Assembly: GCA_038063895.1 (NCBI GenBank)
Contig: JBBTUG010000026.1
Coordinates: forward strand, 1 to 48,356
Source: Patescibacteria group bacterium
GTDB taxonomy: Bacteria; Patescibacteriota; WWE3; JAMCXX01; JBBTUG01
Length of the DNA: 48,356 nucleotides
Direction of reading: 5' to 3'
Shown piece after piece: positions 30,294 through 39,760 of this stretch. The position numbers and the translations under genes were made by a program. The notes beneath the pieces are model-generated. The model saw only the letters and a program-made list of their open reading frames with translations. It made no database searches and was not told the DNA's origin. Within the stretch, counting starts at the first letter, position 1; the number at the start of each line of letters is the position of its first letter.

Positions 30294-31013
30294 CTAAAAA
30301 GTATTTTCTATTTTGTAGTTAAGTTTGCGTCCGTATCCTAACAAAATTGCCGCGCAGACTTTTACATATAACTCCAGTTTATTAAATAGATTATATTTGG
30401 AGACACCGGATTTACGGGGAACAGTGGGAACAGAAAAATATCCAACTTTAGCTTTTACTTTGGACAGATTATAGGGAAAGAAGGCGTACGAGTAAGTCTC
30501 CAAACGGTTGAAGTCATATAAGAATTTGGCGTCAATAACTTTGAGTGGGGTTTGGTCTCGGGGAATTTGAAAACGAGAAATTAAATAAACTCCGATCCAG
30601 AATATTTTAGAAAGCAGCCCATTTCCCAAACGGCTGTCGCGCCGCAAACCATAAACAATGTTATATCCTTCGGCCTTCATCAGTTCAAGCATCCGGATTA
30701 CATGTTCGGGCGGGTTTTGCATATCGGCGTCGGCAATAACCACATAATCACTATCAGTTACTGACCGTGTGCCTATCAATAAGCTGGGATGTTGACCAAC
30801 GTTAAATTCCAAATTAATTACCTTAATCTGGTAACCAAAGCCCTCCTTAAGCCTTAGAATTACTGACAAGGTATCGTCCTGACTAGCATCGTTTACCACC
30901 ACGAACTTCGGATAATACCCGGCTTTTCTAACTATTGAGTCAAAGGCGGAAAAAAGCTCTGCGATTGTCGCAGCCTCATCATGAACCGGTATCACTACCG
31001 TTACCGTTTCCAT
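30294..31013 (-). CDS. GT2, ArnC/GtrB-like polyprenyl-phosphate glycosyltransferase
   Basis: VVIPVHDE, VNDASQDDT, NVGQHPSL, DADMQNPPE, IVYGLR and R..GVSKY. It lacks the long C-terminal two-TM tail of GtrB. Confidence 0.85.
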   Translation of the reverse strand: METVTVVIPVHDEAATIAELFSAFDSIVRKAGYYPKFVVVNDASQDDTLSVILRLKEGFGYQIKVINLEFNVGQHPSLLIGTRSVTDSDYVVIADADMQNPPEHVIRMLELMKAEGYNIVYGLRRDSRLGNGLLSKIFWIGVYLISRFQIPRDQTPLKVIDAKFLYDFNRLETYSYAFFPYNLSKVKAKVGYFSVPTVPRKSGVSKYNLFNKLELYVKVCAAILLGYGRKLNYKIENTF

Positions 31014-31018
31014 TATAT

Positions 31019-32011
31019 TTATTTTCCAACACTCCTAGATTTATAGATATAACGGACGTTGTAGTATATGTCTTCTTCGAAGTTACTAATCTCACCTTTC
31101 TCTAAATGACCGATAATTTCTTTTACTCCATCCTCAACACTACGAGTACAGGTCATTCCCAAAACCTTTTCCAGCTTTTCAAAACTGACGCGATAATTTC
31201 TTTTATCCTCTATTTCCTTCTTTACTTCGGCAGTGGCCAAAGGAATAGCCTGGCTCACAATATCGCCTACCTGCTCTATAGTTAAGTTATTGTTAATGCT
31301 ACCGACATTAAATATTTTCCGATCAACTGTCTCCTCTGGAGCAAGAGCGGCCTTTACGAAAGCCTCCGCCACGTCCTGAACATGGACTAAGGGTCGCCAC
31401 TGACCCCCACCAAAAATTGTAAAACTCCGCTTAAAAAAGGCTTTAGCCGTTAGAAAATTAACCACGAGATCAAACCTCATTCTCCTAGAATACCCAAATA
31501 CAGTAGCCAAACGTAAAATTACCGGGGAAATTGTACCGGGCGAATTAAGCAGGGATTGTTCGGACATAATTCTGGTTTCCGCGTAAAGAGAAAGCGGGTT
31601 AGGTGTAGTCTCTTCATTCGCTACGAGGTCTTTTGTATCACCATAAACACTGCAAGACGACGCAAATACGATTCTTTTAACTTTATATTGGTCACAAACA
31701 TCAATCATAGTTTTTGTGGCCAGATAATTAGTATTGATTGTTTCTTCCGGGTCAAGGTTACAGGCAGGATCTCCAACGATTGCCGCCAAGGCTATAACCG
31801 CATCCTTTCCTTTTGTGGCTCTCACAACAGCTTTTAAATCACATATATCACCGAGAACGAAATTGAAGCGATCCCGACCGATAAATTCTTCGAGCCCCTT
31901 ATTACCGTAAGAAAGATTGTCCAAAACCGTGACATTGTGGCCTAATTCAAGAAGTTTTCTAGTTACGAAGAAACCCACGTAGCCGGCACCGCCGGTCACC
32001 AGAATGTTCAT
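31019..32011 (-). CDS. NAD-dependent epimerase/dehydratase (extended SDR)
   Basis: VTGGAGYVG, LAAIVGDPAC, ASSCSVYG, LYAETR (YxxxR) and RMRFDLVVN. Confidence 0.92.
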   Translation of the reverse strand: MNILVTGGAGYVGFFVTRKLLELGHNVTVLDNLSYGNKGLEEFIGRDRFNFVLGDICDLKAVVRATKGKDAVIALAAIVGDPACNLDPEETINTNYLATKTMIDVCDQYKVKRIVFASSCSVYGDTKDLVANEETTPNPLSLYAETRIMSEQSLLNSPGTISPVILRLATVFGYSRRMRFDLVVNFLTAKAFFKRSFTIFGGGQWRPLVHVQDVAEAFVKAALAPEETVDRKIFNVGSINNNLTIEQVGDIVSQAIPLATAEVKKEIEDKRNYRVSFEKLEKVLGMTCTRSVEDGVKEIIGHLEKGEISNFEEDIYYNVRYIYKSRSVGK

Positions 32012-32021
32012 ATATGGAGTT

Positions 32022-32030
32022 AGTATAACA
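32022..32030 (-). promoter_or_regulatory. Putative extended -10 (TGtTATACT) 10 nt before ATG 32011
   Basis: Minus strand reads TG-t-TATACT-aactccatat-ATG. Confidence 0.55.
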
Positions 32031-32039
32031 AAGATGGCA

Positions 32040-33179
32040 TTAGAGTAGTTTTTTGTCTAACCGGCGGATGGCCCTGATAACTGTTTCCACCTCTCTATCT
32101 GACAATCCCGGGTAAAGAGGCAACGTGGCTACCCTGGAAAATACGTCTTCTGTGATCGGTAAAGAAAGGTTTTTCGGGAGGAACTTCTTAAAAATCGGGT
32201 GGGTGTGCATTGGAATATAATAAACACTCGATGCCACACCCAAGTTTTCCAGTTCCTCCATAAAACGATTACGGTTAACTTTTTTATCTACTAATATAGG
32301 GAAAAAATTCCATACGTGTTCCTTCGGAAATATCGGGTAAGGGGATCGGACAATATTTAGGTGGGTTATCTCCTGATAGTATCTTTTGGCAATCTCTCTT
32401 CTCCGAGCGACAAAACTATCCACCTTGTGAAGTTGTGGCAGACCAATAGCGGCCTGCAGGTCGGTCATATAGTACTTAAGGCCGGGTTCCACAACTTTGA
32501 AAAACCAGCTCGTACGGGATTTGTGCCTTTTCCACGCCGAAGCATCCACTCCCAGCTTTGAAAGAAGCCTAACCTTGTTGGCAATCCTATCATTGTTGGT
32601 GGTGAGAGCTCCCCCCTCTCCCGTTGTCATATTTTTAGTAGCGTAAAAGCTAAAACAAGTATAATCGGCTATTGAACCAACTTTCCTTCCTCCAAACGAT
32701 GCTCCAAAAGAAGTTGCAGCGTCCTGAATTATATGAATACCGGTCCCCTTTACTATCTTTTTTATCTCACCTATGGGAGAAGGCAGCCCGGCATAATCCA
32801 CCGGAACAACGGCCTTAGTTTTTTTCGTAATCTTTTTAGCTATTTCAGCAACATTGACTGTTAACGTCCCGGGATTAACGTCAACAAATACTGGTTTGGC
32901 GCCAATATTGCAGAGAACGTTTCCGAGTGAAGTATAAGTCAAAGAGGGAGTAATCACCTCGTCGCCGCTTCCTATCCCCAACGCGATCAAGAGTAAATGG
33001 AGAGAGGCTGTACAGGAGGAAGTCGAGATCGCATTTCTCACCTCCAGATATTTGGTCAGCTCTTCTTCGAATTTAGCAACTTTAGGTCCGGCCGTAAGCC
33101 AACCGGATTCCAGACTATCCTTTACTCCGGCCAGTTCTTCTTTCCCGATAGTTGGTCTCGATACACGTATTATCTTCAT
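32040..33179 (-). CDS. DegT/DnrJ/EryC1/StrS (ArnB-like) PLP-dependent sugar aminotransferase
   Basis: SSCTASLHL, QDAA and CFSFYATKNMTTGEGG with the PLP lysine. Confidence 0.93.
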   Translation of the reverse strand: MKIIRVSRPTIGKEELAGVKDSLESGWLTAGPKVAKFEEELTKYLEVRNAISTSSCTASLHLLLIALGIGSGDEVITPSLTYTSLGNVLCNIGAKPVFVDVNPGTLTVNVAEIAKKITKKTKAVVPVDYAGLPSPIGEIKKIVKGTGIHIIQDAATSFGASFGGRKVGSIADYTCFSFYATKNMTTGEGGALTTNNDRIANKVRLLSKLGVDASAWKRHKSRTSWFFKVVEPGLKYYMTDLQAAIGLPQLHKVDSFVARRREIAKRYYQEITHLNIVRSPYPIFPKEHVWNFFPILVDKKVNRNRFMEELENLGVASSVYYIPMHTHPIFKKFLPKNLSLPITEDVFSRVATLPLYPGLSDREVETVIRAIRRLDKKLL

Positions 33180-33180
33180 G

Positions 33181-34956
33181 TTATAGTTTGGAAATCAAAT
33201 AATTTTCCAGCGCTAAGTACTGCAACCCGGACTTCTCGAAAGCATTATAGGCCTCTTTTGGCCCGAGGACAATAGGATACCCGTGTAAATTGAAAGACGT
33301 ATTTAAGACGCCTCCGATCCCCGTCAGGTTCTCAAATTCCTTAATTATTTTATAATACTTCGGGTTCCACGACTCCTCCACGATTTGTGGCCGGCAAGTA
33401 AAGTCATAGGGATGAAGAGCTGCCTTAAGATCCCCTCTACCCAATGGCGTTGTAGCAAAAGATAGCACCATATACGGCGCCTCGACATTCTTCGGGTTCA
33501 CAAGGTAGTCTCCGGCCCGTTCTTTGAGAATAGAAGGAGCAAACGGCATCCAAAAATCCCTATCCTTCATTTGCTCGTTAATAATCATGACCACTTCGGG
33601 GTCAGAGGGGTTGGCTAAAATTGTTCTGTTCCCGAGGGCTCGGGCTCCCCACTCCATCCTCCCGGATAAACGTCCCACTATCTTCTTTTCGGATAGTAGC
33701 AAGGCAATTCGCTTCTCGATGTCCTCGAAGTATTCAACTTTATACTTATCTGCAACCGAGTTTTCGTCCAGGAAGTCTTTAACGGCTTGAAGAGAATAAC
33801 TTGGGCCTAAGTATAAATCCTTAATTGGTTCAATTTCCGGATCCCTGTACGTTGACTTCAGAGACTCCACGTAAGACACGAAGCACGCGCCCAAAGGGCT
33901 GGACTCATCACTGCCGCTTGGCATGAAAAAAACTTTACCCACTTCTGGCAGTTCCGTAATTTTTTGGTTAAGTTTAACATTCATAAATACACCTCCCGTG
34001 CAGCAAAGTGTATCCACGCCGGTAACCTTAATGGCCTGGCGTACCCAAGCCAAAACAGTGTCTTCAAGGACTTTCTGAAAAACACCAGCTAGAACATCGA
34101 AGCGGACCTCACTCATTTCCTCACGTAAGTACTTGGGCATCTGCCTCATGTCAAACTTAGAGTGTATTTCCAGATTATCCTTTCCACCAAGTCGAAATAA
34201 GTCTTGCACTTTGATAAAAGCCTTATTAATTGAATATTCTTTGGCATAGGGAGCAAGACCCATGACTTTGTATTCGTGCTCGCCCACTTTCATTCCTAAA
34301 TGCTTCGTAACGGCGGCGTACATAAGACCAAGAGAGTTATCTGCATGCGTCCGGGAAATCCTTTCGTAGCGTCCTTTGTTAAAGACATTTACCGTGGCAC
34401 AAACACCATCTCCTTCTGCATCCAAAGTTAAAACCAAGGCTTTTTCTTTACTGAATTTTGAAGCGTAATACCCGGCAAAAGCATGGCTTTTGTGGTGATC
34501 GTGCGCGACCAGCTTATCCGACGGTATGTTCAAATAATCTGCAAGTAATTTTCTTTCTTTAGAAGATGTGTAGACCCCGACAGTACGGGAAAAAAGTTGA
34601 TAAAACAACCGCCCTAAATTCCTTAGCCTGGGATTGTAAAAACTGACGAACCCGTAAGTATTTTTGACAAGTGGGATGCGGTAGTAAATGAAGTTAACTA
34701 GTTGGATGAAAAGACTTTTCTTATTTTCTTCTGACGCGTAAATCGGAGCTGTTGATCTAACCGGAACGACAACTGCGTCTAGATCCAAGCCCGTTAATTT
34801 ATGCTTTTGTAAAATATAAGTAATTGAGTTCTTTGGGAGACCCGACTGGTTTTTGACATTCGTAAACCTCTCCTCACTCACACAGTCAGTAATTACACCA
34901 TCGACTAATAAAGCGGCGGTGCTGGTATGTCCGTAATATACTCCTAAGATTTTCAC
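33181..34956 (-). CDS. NodU/CmcH/TobZ-family O-carbamoyltransferase
   Basis: EERF, HHKSHA, DAEGD, EYKVMGLAPY, GGVFMNVKLN, GARALGNRTILA, MPFAPS and LNTSFNLHG. Confidence 0.93.
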   Translation of the reverse strand: MKILGVYYGHTSTAALLVDGVITDCVSEERFTNVKNQSGLPKNSITYILQKHKLTGLDLDAVVVPVRSTAPIYASEENKKSLFIQLVNFIYYRIPLVKNTYGFVSFYNPRLRNLGRLFYQLFSRTVGVYTSSKERKLLADYLNIPSDKLVAHDHHKSHAFAGYYASKFSKEKALVLTLDAEGDGVCATVNVFNKGRYERISRTHADNSLGLMYAAVTKHLGMKVGEHEYKVMGLAPYAKEYSINKAFIKVQDLFRLGGKDNLEIHSKFDMRQMPKYLREEMSEVRFDVLAGVFQKVLEDTVLAWVRQAIKVTGVDTLCCTGGVFMNVKLNQKITELPEVGKVFFMPSGSDESSPLGACFVSYVESLKSTYRDPEIEPIKDLYLGPSYSLQAVKDFLDENSVADKYKVEYFEDIEKRIALLLSEKKIVGRLSGRMEWGARALGNRTILANPSDPEVVMIINEQMKDRDFWMPFAPSILKERAGDYLVNPKNVEAPYMVLSFATTPLGRGDLKAALHPYDFTCRPQIVEESWNPKYYKIIKEFENLTGIGGVLNTSFNLHGYPIVLGPKEAYNAFEKSGLQYLALENYLISKL

Positions 34957-35007
34957 GTAACCATCTTATTCTATGAGGGTTATCTAAAGCAATAATTATT
35001 ACTGAAA

Positions 35008-36054
35008 CTACTTTTTAGCGAGTTTTGAGGAAATTCGATACGCCATAACCCTAAGGTAAAGAATTATCGACGAACATGAATAAGCAATTAAGAAGCTCCA
35101 ACAGACCAGGGGATGTAAAAACCAAGCAATGTCCCTTTTTCTAAGGTACCCTCGAATCGACAAGCTTAAAGGTTGAAGCAGAGTAATCGTGTATAACGAG
35201 AACAGAATTACGCTAATAACGTCTTTACGCTTGTGCGCATTAAAAACCAAATAGCGCCGATTAGCACGAAAGGGACTATGCTCGGTAAAGAACATCATTC
35301 TCTTGTAGGCGAGAGTAGATAGCTTGGCAGCGGTATCGTGGTATATTTCGTTCTTCACCATAGCCATTAGATCGTAGCCATCCGCCACTAGATCCGCCAT
35401 AACATCAATATGGAAAAAGTTTTCCGGATCACAACGGGAAAGTAGCAGCGTCTTACGCCGCGCCATAAATCCGTTAGTTCCGACGGTTGGTAAGTTATCT
35501 CCGTTAAAACGAACTAAAATGTAGCCGGGGTGATCCTCGAGAATCGGAGAAACTTTCCATTTGTCATCCAACCAACTGACCTTTTCCGATTTCCCCAGAT
35601 AAAGAGCCACAGGGTCGTTAGCCCCAATCAAAGCACAGTAGCGGTTAAAGAGCCCAAATCCAGGTTTTAAACCATAGCGCCAGGTCTGCGTAGCTACAAC
35701 TTCACTATTTTCCACAAACGGCTGGACCATTTCCTTAAACCAAGATTTGTTAGGTAAAATATTGTCTTGGTCTATATAGGCGACAAGTTCATTCTTGGCC
35801 GCCATTAGACCTATTCCCCGACGTGGTTCCGGGTTAAAGGGGTCTCCGGAATTTGTATAACGGCAACCGTATTTTTCTGCTATAGTCTTGGTATTATCCT
35901 TGGAATTGCCGTCCACTACGAGAATTTCGATTTTATCTTGCGGGTAGTCTTGGTTTCTGATTGAGGCGAGGCATTCACCGAGAGTCCGAGCCCCATTGTA
36001 AGTCGGATTAATTACTGAAACACTTGGCCATTCTGAGATATCTTGAGTAGTCAC
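35008..36054 (-). CDS. GT2 glycosyltransferase with C-terminal TM helices
   Basis: VSVINPTYN, QDYPQDKIEILVVDGNSKDNT and YIDQDN. GTG 36054 is the likely start. Confidence 0.88.
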   Translation of the reverse strand: MTTQDISEWPSVSVINPTYNGARTLGECLASIRNQDYPQDKIEILVVDGNSKDNTKTIAEKYGCRYTNSGDPFNPEPRRGIGLMAAKNELVAYIDQDNILPNKSWFKEMVQPFVENSEVVATQTWRYGLKPGFGLFNRYCALIGANDPVALYLGKSEKVSWLDDKWKVSPILEDHPGYILVRFNGDNLPTVGTNGFMARRKTLLLSRCDPENFFHIDVMADLVADGYDLMAMVKNEIYHDTAAKLSTLAYKRMMFFTEHSPFRANRRYLVFNAHKRKDVISVILFSLYTITLLQPLSLSIRGYLRKRDIAWFLHPLVCWSFLIAYSCSSIILYLRVMAYRISSKLAKK

Positions 36055-36063
36055 TTCAAAGTG

Positions 36064-36102
36064 ATTATAACATTTGGTGGTGGTATACAAAAGTGGTATA
36101 CT
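36064..36102. promoter_or_regulatory. Divergent extended -10 promoters: TGtTATAAT (minus, 36064-36072) and TGgTATACT (plus, 36094-36102)
   Basis: 9 nt before GTG 36054 and 11 nt before ATG 36114. Confidence 0.6.
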
Positions 36103-36113
36103 TCCAGGAAAAC

Positions 36114-37277
36114 ATGACGATTAAATGGGGGCTAAACAGTGCCCTAGTTGTAAGTCACGTAGTTTACCGCCCGCTCGCTCCCTTCGATGCGATCGAAGGT
36201 CCTTATAGTTCTGTCTGCGAGGCTCTCACGGCTTCGGGACTGTCTGTAACTTCGCTCTTTCTCCCACTGAACGGTTATGAATCCCCAATCCTCTGGGGGC
36301 TGTGGAAAAAGGAAAATAGAGTGAAAATTCCGACTTTCCTGGGAAAGGTGAGTTTTATCAAATACTTACTGGATGTATTACTGATAACCGCTTTTACTTT
36401 CCACTATTGTTACTTGGAAGGGCAGCAACGGAAAGTTCTTATCGTTGGTGTGGACCCCCTATCTTGTCTGCCTTTAGCAATCCTGCGGAAACTAGCAAAC
36501 TACCGTCTAATATTCTACAGTGTAGACTTCAACCAAAATAGGTTTAAAAACCGTATCCTCCAAAGTCTGTATCAGACTGCCGACCGCTTAAGCAGTCAAC
36601 TCTCAGATCAAGTGTGGGTTGTTTGTGAAGCTCTTCAGGACTACAAGAAAGAAAAGTATTCTGTTAGTTCCCGCTACATTCCAAACTCAACCATTTTCGA
36701 CCCCGTTATTTTTGATAAAGGAAAGCCTTTGAAAACCAGCCACAAGCTGGCCTGGAGCGGCGCCTTCTTAACGGCTAGAACTTATGACATGTTTTTTGAC
36801 TTGTTGAAGGAAATTCTGTCGATCCGCCCCGACCTGGAATTTTACCTAGCGCCGACCCGAGAACACGATACTTTCGAGGGCTATGTAAAGCGGTACAACT
36901 TTGTAAACACGCGCGTCCTGCACCTGACGAGCCGCCGGCAGTGGCAGGAATTCGCAACCACGTGCGACGTCGGTATCGCTGTCTATGATGACTGGTTTGG
37001 ATCGACGGAATATATTGAACCTCTTAAAATTTGGGACTACCTCCTTTGCGGCCTTCCCTTTATTATCTCCAGCGAACCCTCTCTCTCCGGAGCAATCAGA
37101 AAATCCGGCGTCGCTTACCTCCTGGCGCCTCACAATAAAATAGCGGATCAGAAATCCCTTAAATTTTTCCTTGACCCGAATAACTTAAAAAGCCGAGAAC
37201 AAAGTTGCCTTGAACTGGCCCGAGAATATGACATTCAAAAGCAGATTAAACAAGCTCTCCAAAGTGTTGACTCCTAA
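36114..37277 (+). CDS. Divergent GT-B (GT4-like) glycosyltransferase
   Basis: GT-B size, SDQVWVV, CDVGIA and EPLKIWDYLLCGLP (PxK..Y..xGxP). ATG 36114 is the likely start. Confidence 0.7.
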   Translation: MTIKWGLNSALVVSHVVYRPLAPFDAIEGPYSSVCEALTASGLSVTSLFLPLNGYESPILWGLWKKENRVKIPTFLGKVSFIKYLLDVLLITAFTFHYCYLEGQQRKVLIVGVDPLSCLPLAILRKLANYRLIFYSVDFNQNRFKNRILQSLYQTADRLSSQLSDQVWVVCEALQDYKKEKYSVSSRYIPNSTIFDPVIFDKGKPLKTSHKLAWSGAFLTARTYDMFFDLLKEILSIRPDLEFYLAPTREHDTFEGYVKRYNFVNTRVLHLTSRRQWQEFATTCDVGIAVYDDWFGSTEYIEPLKIWDYLLCGLPFIISSEPSLSGAIRKSGVAYLLAPHNKIADQKSLKFFLDPNNLKSREQSCLELAREYDIQKQIKQALQSVDS

Positions 37278-38599
37278 ATAAGCTTCTTTGACTTCAAAAA
37301 GTCGTTTATGCTCTCAGCCATAAAATCTATTTCCGCGTTACCCAGCTCCGGATAGACCCCTAAGAAGAACGTGTTGTGTAATACCCGGGTTGAATTTTCT
37401 AAATCTCCTACTTGGCGATAGTTGATCTTAGAGTAGGCGTGGTGTTTGGTAAGATTACCACTAAACAGGGGCCGGGTTTGTATCATTCTTTCTTCTAAAA
37501 AGACCGTGATCTCGCTCCGTTCAAAACAAGCCCTATCACGGATAGTTAATGGAAAAGAAAACCAGGATGGTTTCGCCTTAGGAAGCGACTTGGGTAGAAT
37601 AAAATACTCCTCCCATTGTTTCGCATAACCTAGAAACCTGCTAAAGTTTTCCTCTCTTTTTTTAAAGAATTGTGGTAAACGCTTTGCTTGCTCTACTCCC
37701 ATCGCTGCCTGAGCTTCCGTCGGTTTAAAATTAAAACCGATTTGGTTATACATGTATTTATGATCACTCAGCTTTCCGCCGATTCTGTAATTAAAACGCG
37801 CGTCACAGGCCCCAAGTGTCCTTTTTTCGTCACCCCGACACCAGCATGATCTCCCCCAGTCCCGAAGCGACCGTGTAATCCGTTCGAAGCGTAAATCACT
37901 GTAATTTACTGCTCCCCCTTCTCCGGTGGTCATATGATGAGCCGGATAGAATGATTGGGTGGAAAGAACGCCGAAGGAACCAGTTCGCTTTCCATCGTAC
38001 TCGGAACCTAAGGCATCACAGTTATCTTCAATGAGCAGCAGCTTATGCGCCTTGCAAAATTCAACCAACTTATCCATCTCGTAAGGGTTTCCCAAAGTAT
38101 GCGCCAGCATTACTGCACGACTCCTGGGCGAAACGGCTCTTTCCAGCTCTTCGACATCAACATTATATGTTTCTGGGTTTATGTCCAAAAAAACCGGCAC
38201 AAGATTGTAAATAACGGCAGGGTTCACCGTCGTGGGAAAGGCGCAGGCCGAGGTCAATACTTCATCTCCCGGGCTTAAGTGATCGGGGAAAAAGTCTGAC
38301 ATAACCGAGGCAATCACCAGAAGATTGGCACTGGATCCGGAGTTAGTAAGAATTGATCCTCTGGCTCCAACATACTTGGCCAAAGCCGTCTCTAACTCTT
38401 CGGCCTTCGGACCTAAACCGAACCAACCGTCAATGAGAGTGGAAACACTGGCGTTAATCTCTTTATCATCAAAGACACCACCAGCATACTGAATTCTGGT
38501 CTTACCTGGGACAAAGATTTTATTTTTCTTCCGGAGATTAAAAATCTCCTCTATTTTTGCGGAGATCTCCCAACGTAATTTTTTCTCAATCTCGTCCAT
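37274..38599 (-). CDS. rfbH: RfbH/DdhC (E1)-type NDP-4-keto-6-deoxyglucose 3-dehydrase
   Basis: NSGSSANL, FPTTVNP, AHTLGNP, EDNCDALGS, SFYPAHHMTTGEGG (His in place of the PLP Lys) and RDWGRSCWC..C [2Fe-2S] region. ATG 38599 follows a TATACT box by 7 nt. Confidence 0.92.
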   Translation of the reverse strand: MDEIEKKLRWEISAKIEEIFNLRKKNKIFVPGKTRIQYAGGVFDDKEINASVSTLIDGWFGLGPKAEELETALAKYVGARGSILTNSGSSANLLVIASVMSDFFPDHLSPGDEVLTSACAFPTTVNPAVIYNLVPVFLDINPETYNVDVEELERAVSPRSRAVMLAHTLGNPYEMDKLVEFCKAHKLLLIEDNCDALGSEYDGKRTGSFGVLSTQSFYPAHHMTTGEGGAVNYSDLRFERITRSLRDWGRSCWCRGDEKRTLGACDARFNYRIGGKLSDHKYMYNQIGFNFKPTEAQAAMGVEQAKRLPQFFKKREENFSRFLGYAKQWEEYFILPKSLPKAKPSWFSFPLTIRDRACFERSEITVFLEERMIQTRPLFSGNLTKHHAYSKINYRQVGDLENSTRVLHNTFFLGVYPELGNAEIDFMAESINDFLKSKKLI

Positions 38600-38689
38600 T
38601 AGGTCTAGTATAGGATACTTCAGGGGCGGAAACAATGCTAACCGAATACCAATATGGTAGAATACTTCGTTACTTGCCCAATGTTTGGT

Positions 38690-39760
38690 ATGCTTAAAGG
38701 TTTAATTCCAACCGGTGGAAGGGGAACCCGCCTCAGACCTTTCACCTTTAGTACAAATAAACACCTTATACCTATAGCTAATAAGCCTTTAGTCTTCTAT
38801 CCGATTGAAGCCCTGGCCAAGGCTGGTATTAAAGATATCGGCATTGTCACAAATGATACCCGCCCGGAAATAGAAAAGGTGCTTGGCACCGGTAAGCAGT
38901 GGGGAGTTAATTTTACCTATATAGACCAGCCTTATCCGGGCGGGCTCGCTCACGTGATTCAGGTTTCAGAAAAATTTTTAAAAGGATCGAGATTTGTTTT
39001 TCATCTGGGTGATAATCTTTTTACAGAGGGTATCGGGGAACCATTAGCGCGTTTCGTTAAAACAAAGGCCAATGCCCTCGCCCCGTATTTACACCACAAG
39101 GATAATCGTCGGCTGGGCGTACCTTACTTCAATACAAAAGGTAAACTGATGAAATATGTGGAGAAGCCTGCTAATCCACCGCACGATTTGGCTGTTCCTG
39201 GACTCTATTTCTTTGACCATAATGTTTTTAAGTGCTTTTCCGGGCGTGACAAAATAACCCCGTCAAAACGGGGCGAGCTGGAAATAGGTTCGGTTTATCA
39301 GTGGCTGATGGAACATGGCTATTATGTGGAAACCTACGAAATTGATGGTTGGTGGCGGGACCCTGGCCAACTTTGTGATATTACCGAAGCCAACCGATTA
39401 GTTATGGAACAAAAAGCAGAGTTCATAATACAGTCTCCGTTGATTAAGAAAAGTAAATTAATTGGTAAAGTCGGAGTTGGCAAAGGGTCAAAAATATATA
39501 ATAGTGTCATCGAAGGCCCGGTTCTAATTGGCGACAACGTGGAAATAGCCAAATCCTACATTGGGCCTTACACCTCGATTTATCACAACTGTAAAATCAA
39601 AGAAGCCAAAATTGAAAACAGTGTAATTATGGAAGGAACAATAATCGAAAAAGTTAAAAGGAGAATAGATCAAAGCTTTATCGGTAAAGAAGTTACAATT
39701 ACCGGAAAAAACAGAAACCACCGATTAATTATTTCTGATCTGTCCGAAGTACATCTATGA
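38690..39760 (+). CDS. rfbA: Glucose-1-phosphate thymidylyltransferase, long form with C-terminal beta-helix
   Basis: GGRGTRLRPFT..KHLIPIANKP, LGDN, EKP, PSKRGELEI, GWWRDPG and IGPYTSI. Start is uncertain (38654, 38681 or 38690). Confidence 0.92.
   Translation: MLKGLIPTGGRGTRLRPFTFSTNKHLIPIANKPLVFYPIEALAKAGIKDIGIVTNDTRPEIEKVLGTGKQWGVNFTYIDQPYPGGLAHVIQVSEKFLKGSRFVFHLGDNLFTEGIGEPLARFVKTKANALAPYLHHKDNRRLGVPYFNTKGKLMKYVEKPANPPHDLAVPGLYFFDHNVFKCFSGRDKITPSKRGELEIGSVYQWLMEHGYYVETYEIDGWWRDPGQLCDITEANRLVMEQKAEFIIQSPLIKKSKLIGKVGVGKGSKIYNSVIEGPVLIGDNVEIAKSYIGPYTSIYHNCKIKEAKIENSVIMEGTIIEKVKRRIDQSFIGKEVTITGKNRNHRLIISDLSEVHL

Noticed and set aside
36055-36113. ORF-track starts at 36090 and 36093, leaving only 2 nt between divergent genes
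   Set aside because: This leaves no room for promoters. Downstream starts (36054, 36114) are each preceded by an extended -10 box.
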